The notes beneath the pieces were generated by a model, which did no database searches, had not been told where the DNA came from, and saw only the letters and a program-made list of their open reading frames with translations. The position numbers and the translations under genes were made by a program. Positions 9,421-17,899 of a stretch of DNA of 64,000 bases are shown here, one piece after another. How positions within the stretch are numbered: position 1 is the first letter of the stretch; every line of letters begins with the position of its first letter. The DNA comes from an uncultured virus (IMG/VR IMGVR_UViG_3300036712_000025) (taxonomy: Duplodnaviria > Heunggongvirae > Uroviricota > Caudoviricetes): IMG/VR virus record IMGVR_UViG_3300036712_000025; one strand, given 5' to 3'.

Positions 9421-9938
9421 CCAATACCGAGAAGGTCCTCGACATCACCGTCGGCTTTTCGACTACCAATAAGCTGATCAGCCGCGTTATCCGGTGGGTC
9501 ACGCGGGGAAAGGTGAGCCATGCCTGGATCGCCTTCTTCGATCCGTGCCTGGACACGCGCCTGGTCATGCAGGCGGAGGCGTGGGGCTTCGAAGTGCGCA
9601 CTTGGGCAAGGTGGAAGAGCCGGAACCAGCTCGTCGTTGAGTTCAGACCAGCATTACCGGTGGCGAAATCGCTCCGGTGGATTGCCAAATCGCTTGGTGT
9701 GAAGTACGACTGGAGATCTGCTTTCTTTGTTGGGCTGCGTCGGTGGTTCGGTACGTGGCTGCGGGGGAAATTCAACAGCCCGGGGAAGCTCATGTGCTCG
9801 GAGGCGGTCATCCGCTTCCTTCAACATGCAGGAGTGGCGGAGGTAGCCCGGTTTGATCCAGAGGTGACCTCCCCGCAACGTTTGCTGGAAGTCATGGAGA
9901 AGTCACCACACTTCTCACCAGTTCAACGGGAGAGGTAG
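9417..9938 (+). CDS. Permuted papain-like (NlpC/P60, YiiX/YebB-type) enzyme
   Basis: His before Cys: VSHAWI ... GVKYDW ... LMCSEAV. Confidence 0.75.
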   Translation: MTNTEKVLDITVGFSTTNKLISRVIRWVTRGKVSHAWIAFFDPCLDTRLVMQAEAWGFEVRTWARWKSRNQLVVEFRPALPVAKSLRWIAKSLGVKYDWRSAFFVGLRRWFGTWLRGKFNSPGKLMCSEAVIRFLQHAGVAEVARFDPEVTSPQRLLEVMEKSPHFSPVQRER

Positions 9939-9939
9939 A

Positions 9940-10254
9940 TTGGATTCCAACGGAGCGATTAAAAAACTCTTTGTGCTGGCCGATGAGATGGAGAAGAAGC
10001 TCAAGCGGCTGGATTCCCTCGAGCAGCGGCTCAACGCGCTGGACAACAACGGCAAGTTAGACGAGATCAAGAAAGAGATGGCAACGGTAGCAGCCAACAG
10101 TCGCGCGGTGGTTCACCAGGTGGAGGCGAACGGCACCATGATCGCCAACATGGAGAAGACCATCACCAGACTCAACGTGCGGTGCCCTTTGATGAAGCCA
10201 GACACCGATGAATATCCTAGTGTTTTGGAGCGGATGAAGCTGAAGGATGAGTAG
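9940..10254 (+). CDS. Coiled-coil hypothetical protein
   Basis: GGAGAGG RBS, TTG start, heptad pattern. Confidence 0.7.
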   Translation: MDSNGAIKKLFVLADEMEKKLKRLDSLEQRLNALDNNGKLDEIKKEMATVAANSRAVVHQVEANGTMIANMEKTITRLNVRCPLMKPDTDEYPSVLERMKLKDE

Positions 10255-10302
10255 GTCTGGTAGAATGGTGGGTGGTGTACCCTATGCTCTTGGTGAGGGC
10301 CT

Positions 10303-10542
10303 ATGGAAGCGGTCTTGACGAAAGTTCTAGCAGCACTGGCGGCCTACGGTCCTGGCTTCATCGTCGCCGTCGTTTTCATCATCTTCTACTGGCTCGAGCG
10401 GAAGAAGAGCGAGTCGATGGCCGAGAAGCTGCAGGAGCTAGCCGTGGCTAGCATCAAGGCAGATCTCGAACATACTAAGGCCTACGAGTCGCTGGAGAAA
10501 GCCTTCAACGCCGCGGTACAGGCGTTGGTTGATAGGAGGTAG
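10303..10542 (+). CDS. Single-TM protein plus coiled coil (holin-like/BhlA-like architecture)
   Basis: YGPGFIVAVVFIIFYWLERKK followed by a helical tail. Confidence 0.6.
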   Translation: MEAVLTKVLAALAAYGPGFIVAVVFIIFYWLERKKSESMAEKLQELAVASIKADLEHTKAYESLEKAFNAAVQALVDRR

Positions 10543-10544
10543 CG

Positions 10545-10937
10545 ATGTCCAAGGGGCCGAAGGAAGACCCCACGAGCTTGGGGAACATCCTGCTTGAGTG
10601 GGAGGTCATCAGCGAGGAGGACCTCAGCCGCGCTTTGAAAGAGCAGGAGACTCTCAGGGGGGACGACCTTCTCGGCCGGTTGTTGGTGGCCAGCGGAGCG
10701 TGTACTGAGGACGAGGTCGTCACGGCCATGTCTGCCCAGGAGAGTATGCGGGCGGTGGGGAAGCACAAGTGCGCGATGGCCGTGGCAGATCTGGCACTTG
10801 AGCGGCGGCGCCGGCAGAGCATGATAGACCGGCGAGACAACATCATCCGGCAGGGAGATCGCCTCACCAAGAGCATCACTGGTGACCAGCACCCAGCCAT
10901 CACGCCGGCGATGCTAGCAAAGCCGGAGAACTCCTAG
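10545..10937 (+). CDS. Stand-alone MshEN-like domain protein
   Basis: Tandem 24-aa motifs SLGNILLEWEVISEEDLSRALKEQ and LLGRLLVASGACTEDEVVTAMSAQ; AGGAGG RBS. Confidence 0.7.
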   Translation: MSKGPKEDPTSLGNILLEWEVISEEDLSRALKEQETLRGDDLLGRLLVASGACTEDEVVTAMSAQESMRAVGKHKCAMAVADLALERRRRQSMIDRRDNIIRQGDRLTKSITGDQHPAITPAMLAKPENS

Positions 10938-10952
10938 TAAGATCGCTGGGAG

Positions 10953-11489
10953 ATGGCGCTCCCGGCTACAGTAGGCACGCCTGTCCCCATCGTGATGACG
11001 CTGGAGGACGGGAACGAGACCCAGTACCCCCAGGTGGAGATCTATGCGCCCGGGGCCACCGTAGCGACGGCGGTGGTGGACCTCCCGCACAAGGTGAAGG
11101 GCCGGTACGAGGCGTCCTGGACACCACCCAGCGCGGACGTCTGGACGGCCCACTTCTTCATCTACGCCGACGCCGGACACACGGTGGAGAACATCACCTA
11201 CACGCGGGCGATCGAGCAGGTCGTAGCTACGGATTCGAGCGTTGACGATCTGGCTTCCAAGATCGCCCGCATCCTTGGCCTGGTCCACGAGAACGCCTTC
11301 ATCGACAACACCGTGCACGACGCGAACGGCTCCCTCGTCGCTGCGCGGATCCGCCTCTTCGATGACGCCACCAACGTCCCGTCGGTCGGGGGTGGGTCAG
11401 AGACCGTTGGTCTCGTCGCCACCTACGAGATCACGACAACCTACGAGGCAGATTGTAGAATGGGGACGTACAGGGTGAAGAAGGTATGA
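10953..11489 (+). CDS. Hypothetical virion protein (Ig-like N-terminus)
   Basis: GGGAG RBS; beta-rich, GRYEASWTP. Confidence 0.75.
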   Translation: MALPATVGTPVPIVMTLEDGNETQYPQVEIYAPGATVATAVVDLPHKVKGRYEASWTPPSADVWTAHFFIYADAGHTVENITYTRAIEQVVATDSSVDDLASKIARILGLVHENAFIDNTVHDANGSLVAARIRLFDDATNVPSVGGGSETVGLVATYEITTTYEADCRMGTYRVKKV

Positions 11490-11776
11490 GCGTAGCTCTC
11501 GCCACACGCGGGATGATCAGATCGTGCTGCAAGCTCGGTCAGATTGTCAGCCGGGAGTCTCCGCACACGCAGGCGACTCTGGAGGTGCGGCCGCGCATCC
11601 GTTTGGCTGGGGCTCCACCGACCGTGACGGTGACCGCGCCGGTGCCGATCTCGGCGCAGGAGCTGAGGCCGCAGACGGGGGCCACCGCGCCCGCCCCGCC
11701 GTCGCCAGACCCAAAGCCGACGCAGACCTCCACCCAGGAGCTGAAGCCCGTCATCAAGAAGGTCGAGGAGGACTAA
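11486..11776 (+). CDS. Pro/Thr-rich hypothetical protein
   Basis: ATGA overlap; internal repeats LEVRP / QELRP / QELKP. Confidence 0.65.
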   Translation: MSVALATRGMIRSCCKLGQIVSRESPHTQATLEVRPRIRLAGAPPTVTVTAPVPISAQELRPQTGATAPAPPSPDPKPTQTSTQELKPVIKKVEED

Positions 11777-12721
11777 ATGGCGGTTATCAAGGTCAAAATC
11801 TACGTCCCGGAGATCGCCAATGTCCTCCTGCTGTTCGACACCATCGAGGTTCAGCGGTCGGAGGCTGGCTCACCCTACTCGGACGCCAAATCCATCACGG
11901 CCGATGCGGCCGCAGCCCCTGTCCTGGTGGGGACGGAGGAGGGCCCGTTCACCCTCCAGGGCCTGACTTTCAAGATCAAAGTGGATGGCGGGAACGAGCA
12001 GAGCCACACCTTCACGACCACGGACCCCATCAGCATCGCCAATGTGGTCGGTGAGCTGGACGGTGCCCTCACCGGGGTCACGGTGTCGGACGACGGCACC
12101 GGCAAGCTGAAGATCGAGGGCAGCACCGTGGGGACGGCCGGCACGCTGGAGATCACCGGCGGCACGGGGTTGACCGAGCTGGGCTTCACCCAGGGCGACA
12201 AGGACAACGGCGAAGATCAACACGTCACGCTGCAGGCGGGCGTGGACTCCTACGAGTACGACGACCAGAGCGGCGAGGCGTCGTACTGGTATCGGACCCG
12301 GTACCTCAACACCGTCTCCGACAACGTCAGCTCCTGGTCGGACTGGACGCAGGGCTCAACCGGTGGGGTCATCGATGCCGCCGAGCTCATCGTGGGGCGC
12401 ATCCGGCTGGCGGACATCGATGGTACCGCCCTGGTCGGCAGGCAGGTCACCCTGGTCAACGTCTTCAGCCCGCTCACTGCGGACGACCACTTCATCGCCG
12501 GTCGCTCGAAGGCGATCGAGACGGACGGTTCCGGCTACGCCGAGACCACGTTGATCAAGGGCTCGACCATCGACGTCATCGTGGAAGGCACCTCGGTGAT
12601 CCGGCGCATCACGGTGCCAGACACAGGCACGGAGTTCGACCTCTTGGACCCGTCCCTACAGACGGATGATCCTTGGAATATCCAGGTGCCTGATTTACCA
12701 TCGGCCGTGCGGAGGTCCTGA
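11777..12721 (+). CDS. Hypothetical virion protein, partial paralog of 16631..17593
   Basis: GAGGAGG RBS; acidic and beta-rich; shared ALVG...TD.[SD]GYA...I.VPD domain. Confidence 0.8.
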   Translation: MAVIKVKIYVPEIANVLLLFDTIEVQRSEAGSPYSDAKSITADAAAAPVLVGTEEGPFTLQGLTFKIKVDGGNEQSHTFTTTDPISIANVVGELDGALTGVTVSDDGTGKLKIEGSTVGTAGTLEITGGTGLTELGFTQGDKDNGEDQHVTLQAGVDSYEYDDQSGEASYWYRTRYLNTVSDNVSSWSDWTQGSTGGVIDAAELIVGRIRLADIDGTALVGRQVTLVNVFSPLTADDHFIAGRSKAIETDGSGYAETTLIKGSTIDVIVEGTSVIRRITVPDTGTEFDLLDPSLQTDDPWNIQVPDLPSAVRRS

Positions 12722-14271
12722 TGCCTGGAAGAGGAAGCTACGGCCCTGGCGGCAAGTGGATCCATGACCGTGCTCACCGGATCATGGAGAAGAACCCGGA
12801 GATCGACAAGGGTGTAGCCTACGCTACCGCCACACAGCAGGCCCACAAGGTCGGCAAGAGCCCGAAGAAGTTCCGCACGGCACAGGGTGTCCGCGAAGCT
12901 AAGGCGAAGTTCAGCCTCCCCAAGAAGGAGTACCAGAAGACGGCGGAGGCGAAGCCTGAGAAGCGCATCGAAAAGATGATCGAGCAGCTACCCAAGGAGT
13001 TCCGTCCCCTGTTCAAGGGCCAGGGTGAGCCGGTCGAGAAGAAGGCCATGCATCCAGCCCTGGAGGGCGGTTTGTACAGCCTTGGTGGTGGCGCAGCGGG
13101 AATGGGGATAGGCGCGTTGGCCGGCAATCCGATGGCGGGGGCTGCTTTGGGGACCGGAGCTGGGACTGGTCTGTGGGCGGCACGGAAGATCTTCAAGGGC
13201 AAGCGCAAGCGAAAGAAGGAGAAGACCGCCCAGGTCCCGGCACATCCGTTCGAGTTCACGCTCAAGGGGATGCTGATCAAGGAGGCGCTCAGCAAGAAGA
13301 AACTGCAGCAAGCGCAGCGCCGGAAGGAGACGATCAAGGCAACACCGAAGATGCGGTACGAGTCTCCGGAAGAGGCAGGCAAGAAGCTGCTGGAGGCTGC
13401 TGGTGTCAAAGATCCCGGTGATGCGGGTGCGCGCTCGGCCAGAGAGAAGGCGCGCGCCAAAGGTATCGAGCAGCCCTACACCGCTCGTCAGCGCGCGGCC
13501 GGTGTTCCACCTCCCCCCAAGAAGAAGCCTGGACCGAAGGTGGAGATGAAGCCCCCGTCACGGGCAGGTGTGCGAAAGCTGGAGCCCAAGAAGCTGAAGC
13601 CCAAGACACTCGACGTCCCGACGCCCTCGTCGCAGACCGTCAAAAAGGTGACGAAGCAGGTGTCAAAACTCCGGCGCTATGGCGTGCCGATCGGCGCCGG
13701 CCTGGCGGGAGCTGCTGCGTTGGGCGGCGTGGCATACCTGGCGACCCGGAAGAAGAAGCAGCACCAGGAGGACATCGACAAGTTCTGGAAGGGCAAGCGG
13801 AAGACCGCGATGCTGGACGGCCTTATGGACGAGCTGGAGAAGATCTCCCAGGGCGGTGGGAGCCTGGCCAACCGGTTGCGTCTCGGGGCCTCCAGCCCGG
13901 CCGCACAGGCGTCGATCCAGGGTGCCGCGCAGGGCAACGTTGAGCCAGCCGCGTCGGCCGGGGGTGGGGCAGAGACCCCGCCGCCAGCTCCACCCCCACC
14001 GACGACCCCACCATCACCAGGTGGGGGAGACATCGGTGCGCCTAGCGCAGACCCCTTCGGTGGGGCTGGGGCTCCTGGTGGTGGTGACCCAATGGGCGGT
14101 GCCGGTGGTGGGGGTCCACTGGGGCCCAGCGCCGGCGGAAGTCCGTTGGGAGGGGCCAATGCGCCGCCGCCCCCACCACCTCCGACTGGTGGCGGAGGGA
14201 TCGGCGCGGGCAGCCTGCTCAGTCCCAAACGGCAGGGGGCGAGAGGACTGACGACGGAGGGCCCACCATGA
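12721..14271 (+). CDS. Basic multi-module protein with repeated K-x-A sites, glycine zippers and a Pro/Gly tail (putative polyprotein cargo)
   Basis: QKTA, EKKA, EKTA, IKEA, RKTAMLDGLMDELEKIS; two Gly/Ala hydrophobic segments. Confidence 0.8.
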   Translation: MPGRGSYGPGGKWIHDRAHRIMEKNPEIDKGVAYATATQQAHKVGKSPKKFRTAQGVREAKAKFSLPKKEYQKTAEAKPEKRIEKMIEQLPKEFRPLFKGQGEPVEKKAMHPALEGGLYSLGGGAAGMGIGALAGNPMAGAALGTGAGTGLWAARKIFKGKRKRKKEKTAQVPAHPFEFTLKGMLIKEALSKKKLQQAQRRKETIKATPKMRYESPEEAGKKLLEAAGVKDPGDAGARSAREKARAKGIEQPYTARQRAAGVPPPPKKKPGPKVEMKPPSRAGVRKLEPKKLKPKTLDVPTPSSQTVKKVTKQVSKLRRYGVPIGAGLAGAAALGGVAYLATRKKKQHQEDIDKFWKGKRKTAMLDGLMDELEKISQGGGSLANRLRLGASSPAAQASIQGAAQGNVEPAASAGGGAETPPPAPPPPTTPPSPGGGDIGAPSADPFGGAGAPGGGDPMGGAGGGGPLGPSAGGSPLGGANAPPPPPPPTGGGGIGAGSLLSPKRQGARGLTTEGPP

Positions 14272-14480
14272 CCTTGGAAGCCTTCTTCGATGAGATGGAG
14301 AAGATTGCCCTGGTCGGTGCTGCCTCTGCCGTGCTGGCCAAGTCGATCCAGCATCCTCTGGCTGCCTACGCTGGCGTGCGGCGGATCAAGAAGGGCAAGT
14401 CGAAGCACGAGCAGACGATGGAGGCCCTCCGCAGAGGCTACCCCGCCGGCTGGGTCTCCATGGGGATGAGGCCGCGGTGA
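14268..14480 (+). CDS. Small tagged protein (FFDEMEKIA)
   Basis: GGAGG RBS, ATGA overlap; tag followed by a short hydrophobic then basic segment. Confidence 0.8.
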   Translation: MTLEAFFDEMEKIALVGAASAVLAKSIQHPLAAYAGVRRIKKGKSKHEQTMEALRRGYPAGWVSMGMRPR

Positions 14481-14481
14481 C

Positions 14482-15903
14482 ATGCTGCTCCGGAAGCTCG
14501 CCGCCATAGCCCTGCCTGCGAAGGGCGAGTTCGCTCCGGGAATCCCCTCCCAACGGAAAATTCTACCTGTCCCAAGGGTGGGCTCGACCCGCCCGGAGGC
14601 CTGGGGCATGGCCCTGCAGGAGCACGCTGCACGGCGCGCAGGTGCCCACATAGATCTCCGGCTTGTGGATAAGTCAGGCCGCGCACATTCTTGGGTCATT
14701 CCGAAAGGTTCACTACCAAAGCCAGGGGAAAAGATAGGAGTTCTTCCACAGCCTACCCACACCCGTGAATACGCAGAACGTAAGGGAAAATTCACGATCC
14801 CTGCGGGCTACGGCGCCGGCGAGGTGCGATCAGGTGGGCTCAAACCCGTTGAAGTAGTGCGCTCTGAGCCTGGTCGACTGCTGCGCTTCAACGTCTACGG
14901 CGGCAAGAAGGAGGGCAACCAGGAGTTCGCCCTGGTCACGACCCCCAAGGGACAGCTGCTGCACAACATTTCAGCCACTGCGGAATCGGGTGTGCGGGGC
15001 ATCGGCGGCCACGAGATCCCCAGCTCGAAGCCGAAGTACCGGGAGCGGGAGGTCTCAGCGGTCTCCTTCGATGACGAACGGGAGGTTCACCAGGCGAAGG
15101 TAGACGGCGCCCACGTGACGTTCCACCTCCGGGCTGGCAAACCGGTCAAGATCTTCTCCCACCGGCCCACAGAGCGCGCCACAGGCGTCCTGGAGCACAG
15201 CCACAAGCTACCGCGGTTCCGGGAGCTGACGGCGCCTCCTGGGCTCGCTGGGACGGTCCTACGGGGTGAGCTCTACGGGGAGAAGGGTGGCCGGGCCATC
15301 CCGGCGGAGCAGACCGGTGGGCTCCTCAACGCCTCGGTCTGGAAGAGCCGGGAGCGGCAGAAGCAGCTGGGGGCCAAGCTCAAGCCCGTCATCTTCGACG
15401 TGGTGCGTTACCAGGGCCGGGACGTGGAGGGGCAGCCCTACGAGCAGAAGCTGAAGATCTTGGAGGAGGTGCAGCGCAAAGTTCCACGGCTGAAGATGCC
15501 TCCTACGGCTCGGACATCACGGGAGAAAGAGGCCCTACTGGCTAGGATCCAAGCCGGTAAGGAACCCATCACCCGGGAGGGCATCGTGTCCTGGAATCTG
15601 GACAGCCCGCGGCCCACCAAGGCCAAGTTCCGGCCGGACGTGGATGCCGAGGTGGTCGGTGTGACTCCGGGCCGCGGGAAGCACGAGGGGCGCATCGGGG
15701 CGCTGCAGGTGCGGTTACCTGGCCGCAGCGCGGTGACCAACGTGGGGACCGGCCTGAGTGACCGGCTGCGGGAGCAGATCTCCAGGGACCCGAAGGCCTA
15801 CGTCGGCCGGGTGGCCAAGGTCCGCACGCAGCAGGTGTTCAAGAGCGGGAAGCTGAGAGCGCCCTCGTTCGGCGGCTTCCACATTGAGAAGGGGAAGCAA
15901 TGA
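14482..15903 (+). CDS. ATP-dependent DNA ligase with N-terminal LigD-like 3'-phosphoesterase domain
   Basis: PE-like QEHAARRAGAHIDLRL...SWVIPKG...H...Y...IPAGYGAGEV; ligase motifs AKVDG, LRGEL, IFDVV, EGIV, KAKF; OB fold VGTGLSD...LRAPSF. Confidence 0.85.
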   Translation: MLLRKLAAIALPAKGEFAPGIPSQRKILPVPRVGSTRPEAWGMALQEHAARRAGAHIDLRLVDKSGRAHSWVIPKGSLPKPGEKIGVLPQPTHTREYAERKGKFTIPAGYGAGEVRSGGLKPVEVVRSEPGRLLRFNVYGGKKEGNQEFALVTTPKGQLLHNISATAESGVRGIGGHEIPSSKPKYREREVSAVSFDDEREVHQAKVDGAHVTFHLRAGKPVKIFSHRPTERATGVLEHSHKLPRFRELTAPPGLAGTVLRGELYGEKGGRAIPAEQTGGLLNASVWKSRERQKQLGAKLKPVIFDVVRYQGRDVEGQPYEQKLKILEEVQRKVPRLKMPPTARTSREKEALLARIQAGKEPITREGIVSWNLDSPRPTKAKFRPDVDAEVVGVTPGRGKHEGRIGALQVRLPGRSAVTNVGTGLSDRLREQISRDPKAYVGRVAKVRTQQVFKSGKLRAPSFGGFHIEKGKQ

Positions 15904-16622
15904 TCGACCTCGTAGCATTCTACGATGAGATGGAAAAGATCGCGTTCGGGTGGGAAGACATCAAGCGTGTGGGACGGATGGCGAAGAAGCGCATGATCAA
16001 GGCCCCACGATCGTCCCAGATCGTGGGGATGGGCCCGTCTGCGTATCCGGGCGGCACGCAGCGGATGGCTGTCACCCAGGCACAGGAGATGGCTCAAGCT
16101 GGTCATATCCCCCAGGCGTCGGTCGAGGCTACCAAGAAGCTCTACGGCCAGATCGGTGGGCGTATTGCTACGCCGAGGCGTGGTGGCATGGTCGGCGCTC
16201 TGACCGGCGAGGCTGCCCAGGAAGTAGGTCTGCCAGCGGCCAAGACCCTGACCGGCAAGGGCAAGCGTGCGATCGAGTCGGTGGGGTACGGCCACGAGCT
16301 GGATGAGCTAGCTCTCGGCAAGAAGAAGCTGCAGCCCTTCTTCGGTGGTACCTTTGGGCACGCCCACCCTGATGTGATCTTGAGGGAGCGCAACCGACTG
16401 TTGACGCTCCCGCCTGAGGTGCGTGGTGAGGTGGGAGGGGTCTTCGGGAAGCTCCGCCAGGTTGGTGGGGAGGAGGCTCTGCTCGAGCGCGCGACACGCG
16501 GTGTCTCCGGTCGAGGACTGACGCATACCAGCGGGCCGCGGCTGAGCAGGCATGCGCGGAAGCGGATCTCCAAGCGGATGGAAGAGCTTGCCAAAGAGCA
16601 GGCTGGTTCCGAGTTCATGTAG
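15900..16622 (+). CDS. Tagged basic protein (FYDEMEKIA) with HELDE...H motif
   Basis: ATGA overlap; N-terminal tag; GHELDE...GHAHPDVILRE. Confidence 0.8.
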   Translation: MIDLVAFYDEMEKIAFGWEDIKRVGRMAKKRMIKAPRSSQIVGMGPSAYPGGTQRMAVTQAQEMAQAGHIPQASVEATKKLYGQIGGRIATPRRGGMVGALTGEAAQEVGLPAAKTLTGKGKRAIESVGYGHELDELALGKKKLQPFFGGTFGHAHPDVILRERNRLLTLPPEVRGEVGGVFGKLRQVGGEEALLERATRGVSGRGLTHTSGPRLSRHARKRISKRMEELAKEQAGSEFM

Positions 16623-16630
16623 GAGTCGTT

Positions 16631-17593
16631 ATGGCCATCGAGACCGTCAAGTTCTACCTCACTGATCAGAATACAGACCCGATCCTCGGAGTTTTGGTCC
16701 GTGTTTTCGATGCTACCGGCACCACCCTCATCACCCAGGACATGACTGTGGACGTGGGTGGAGACGCGGTGGCCGAAGTGAGTATCGATGGGGACGACCC
16801 CCCGATCCAGTACACCATCCGTATGTCCAAGACCGGAGTGGCCTTCGACGGCAGCCTGGGGGACGACAGCAAGAGCCCCCAGCTCATCGAGATCTACTCC
16901 CCGCCGGCGAACGCACCCACGGGGAAGAACGACTTCGACATCCAGGGCGAGACGTTCACCATGCCGGTGGCCACCGACCCACGGCTCTGCCGGGCGAGCG
17001 GCTTCTTCAAGGACGCCGCCGGCCGGGCGCTGGTCGGGCTGGACATGAGCTTCATGAACCAGTTCAAGCCGGCCATCGTGGACGGGTACGGTGTGCTGGG
17101 CTCCAAGATCCAGCTCCGCACGGACGAGGACGGCTATGCCCAGCTGGACATGTACCGCAACGGGGAGTACCGAGCGATCGTGGAGAGCATCCAAGCGGCC
17201 GAGGCTGACACGACCGGGGCCATCATCTTCGACCGGGAGATCGTGGTGCCGGACAGGTCCTCGGTCAACCTGGTCGACCTGCTCTTCCCGGTGGTGAAGG
17301 AGATCACCTGGGACCCGGTGTCTGTCTCCCTGGCTGCCGGCGACACGCTCGAGCTGACCCCGACCGTCGTGGCTTCCGACTACCGCACGCTGGAGGGCTC
17401 CGCCTGCCAGGACGTGCTCTACGAGATCGCCGATACCGATGTCGCTCTTGTCTCCGTGGAGGAGGACAAACTTGTGATCACCGGTGTGGCTGCAGGCGTT
17501 ACAGAGCTGACAGCCACCCGGAGAGATCAGACCGTCGTCTTCATCCCCTCCGCAGGCATCACGGGATCGCCACTGACGATCACCGTGACCTAG
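16631..17593 (+). CDS. Virion protein with Ig-like domains
   Basis: AGGAG RBS; C-terminal Big_2-like SVSLAAGDTLELTPTV...VITGVAAGVTELTAT. Confidence 0.75.
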   Translation: MAIETVKFYLTDQNTDPILGVLVRVFDATGTTLITQDMTVDVGGDAVAEVSIDGDDPPIQYTIRMSKTGVAFDGSLGDDSKSPQLIEIYSPPANAPTGKNDFDIQGETFTMPVATDPRLCRASGFFKDAAGRALVGLDMSFMNQFKPAIVDGYGVLGSKIQLRTDEDGYAQLDMYRNGEYRAIVESIQAAEADTTGAIIFDREIVVPDRSSVNLVDLLFPVVKEITWDPVSVSLAAGDTLELTPTVVASDYRTLEGSACQDVLYEIADTDVALVSVEEDKLVITGVAAGVTELTATRRDQTVVFIPSAGITGSPLTITVT

Positions 17594-17899
17594 ATGTTGT
17601 TGGTGGTGCAGCAGTGCCGGCCAGCCGGGCAGGGTGAGAAGCTACTCCTGGCGGCTATCATCCGGCGCGCTGCCTTCGACATCGCGCTCTACAAGGGCTC
17701 GAAGAAGCTGTCCCGGCGGAGGCTCTGGGAGGGAGCATTCCACTGGATGATGAGTGATCGGGACGATTACTTTACATCCTTCGTCAGCATCTGTAACCTG
17801 CTAGATCAAGATCCCAATGAAATCAGGCGCAAAGCCCTGAAGCTGACCCGCAAGGACGTGAAGAAGTACGACATGGTGGACACGCATGGCCGGCTATAA
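17594..17899 (+). CDS. Small conserved-type hypothetical protein
   Basis: LLAAIIRRAAFD...W...SFVSICNLLDQDP helical pattern; fills the gap between neighbours. Confidence 0.7.
   Translation: MLLVVQQCRPAGQGEKLLLAAIIRRAAFDIALYKGSKKLSRRRLWEGAFHWMMSDRDDYFTSFVSICNLLDQDPNEIRRKALKLTRKDVKKYDMVDTHGRL

Noticed and set aside
13860..14270. Pro/Gly-rich GC run as a DNA repeat or actin-nucleator-like effector
   Set aside because: No regular DNA periodicity and no WH2 or other supporting motif; treated as a low-complexity protein tail.
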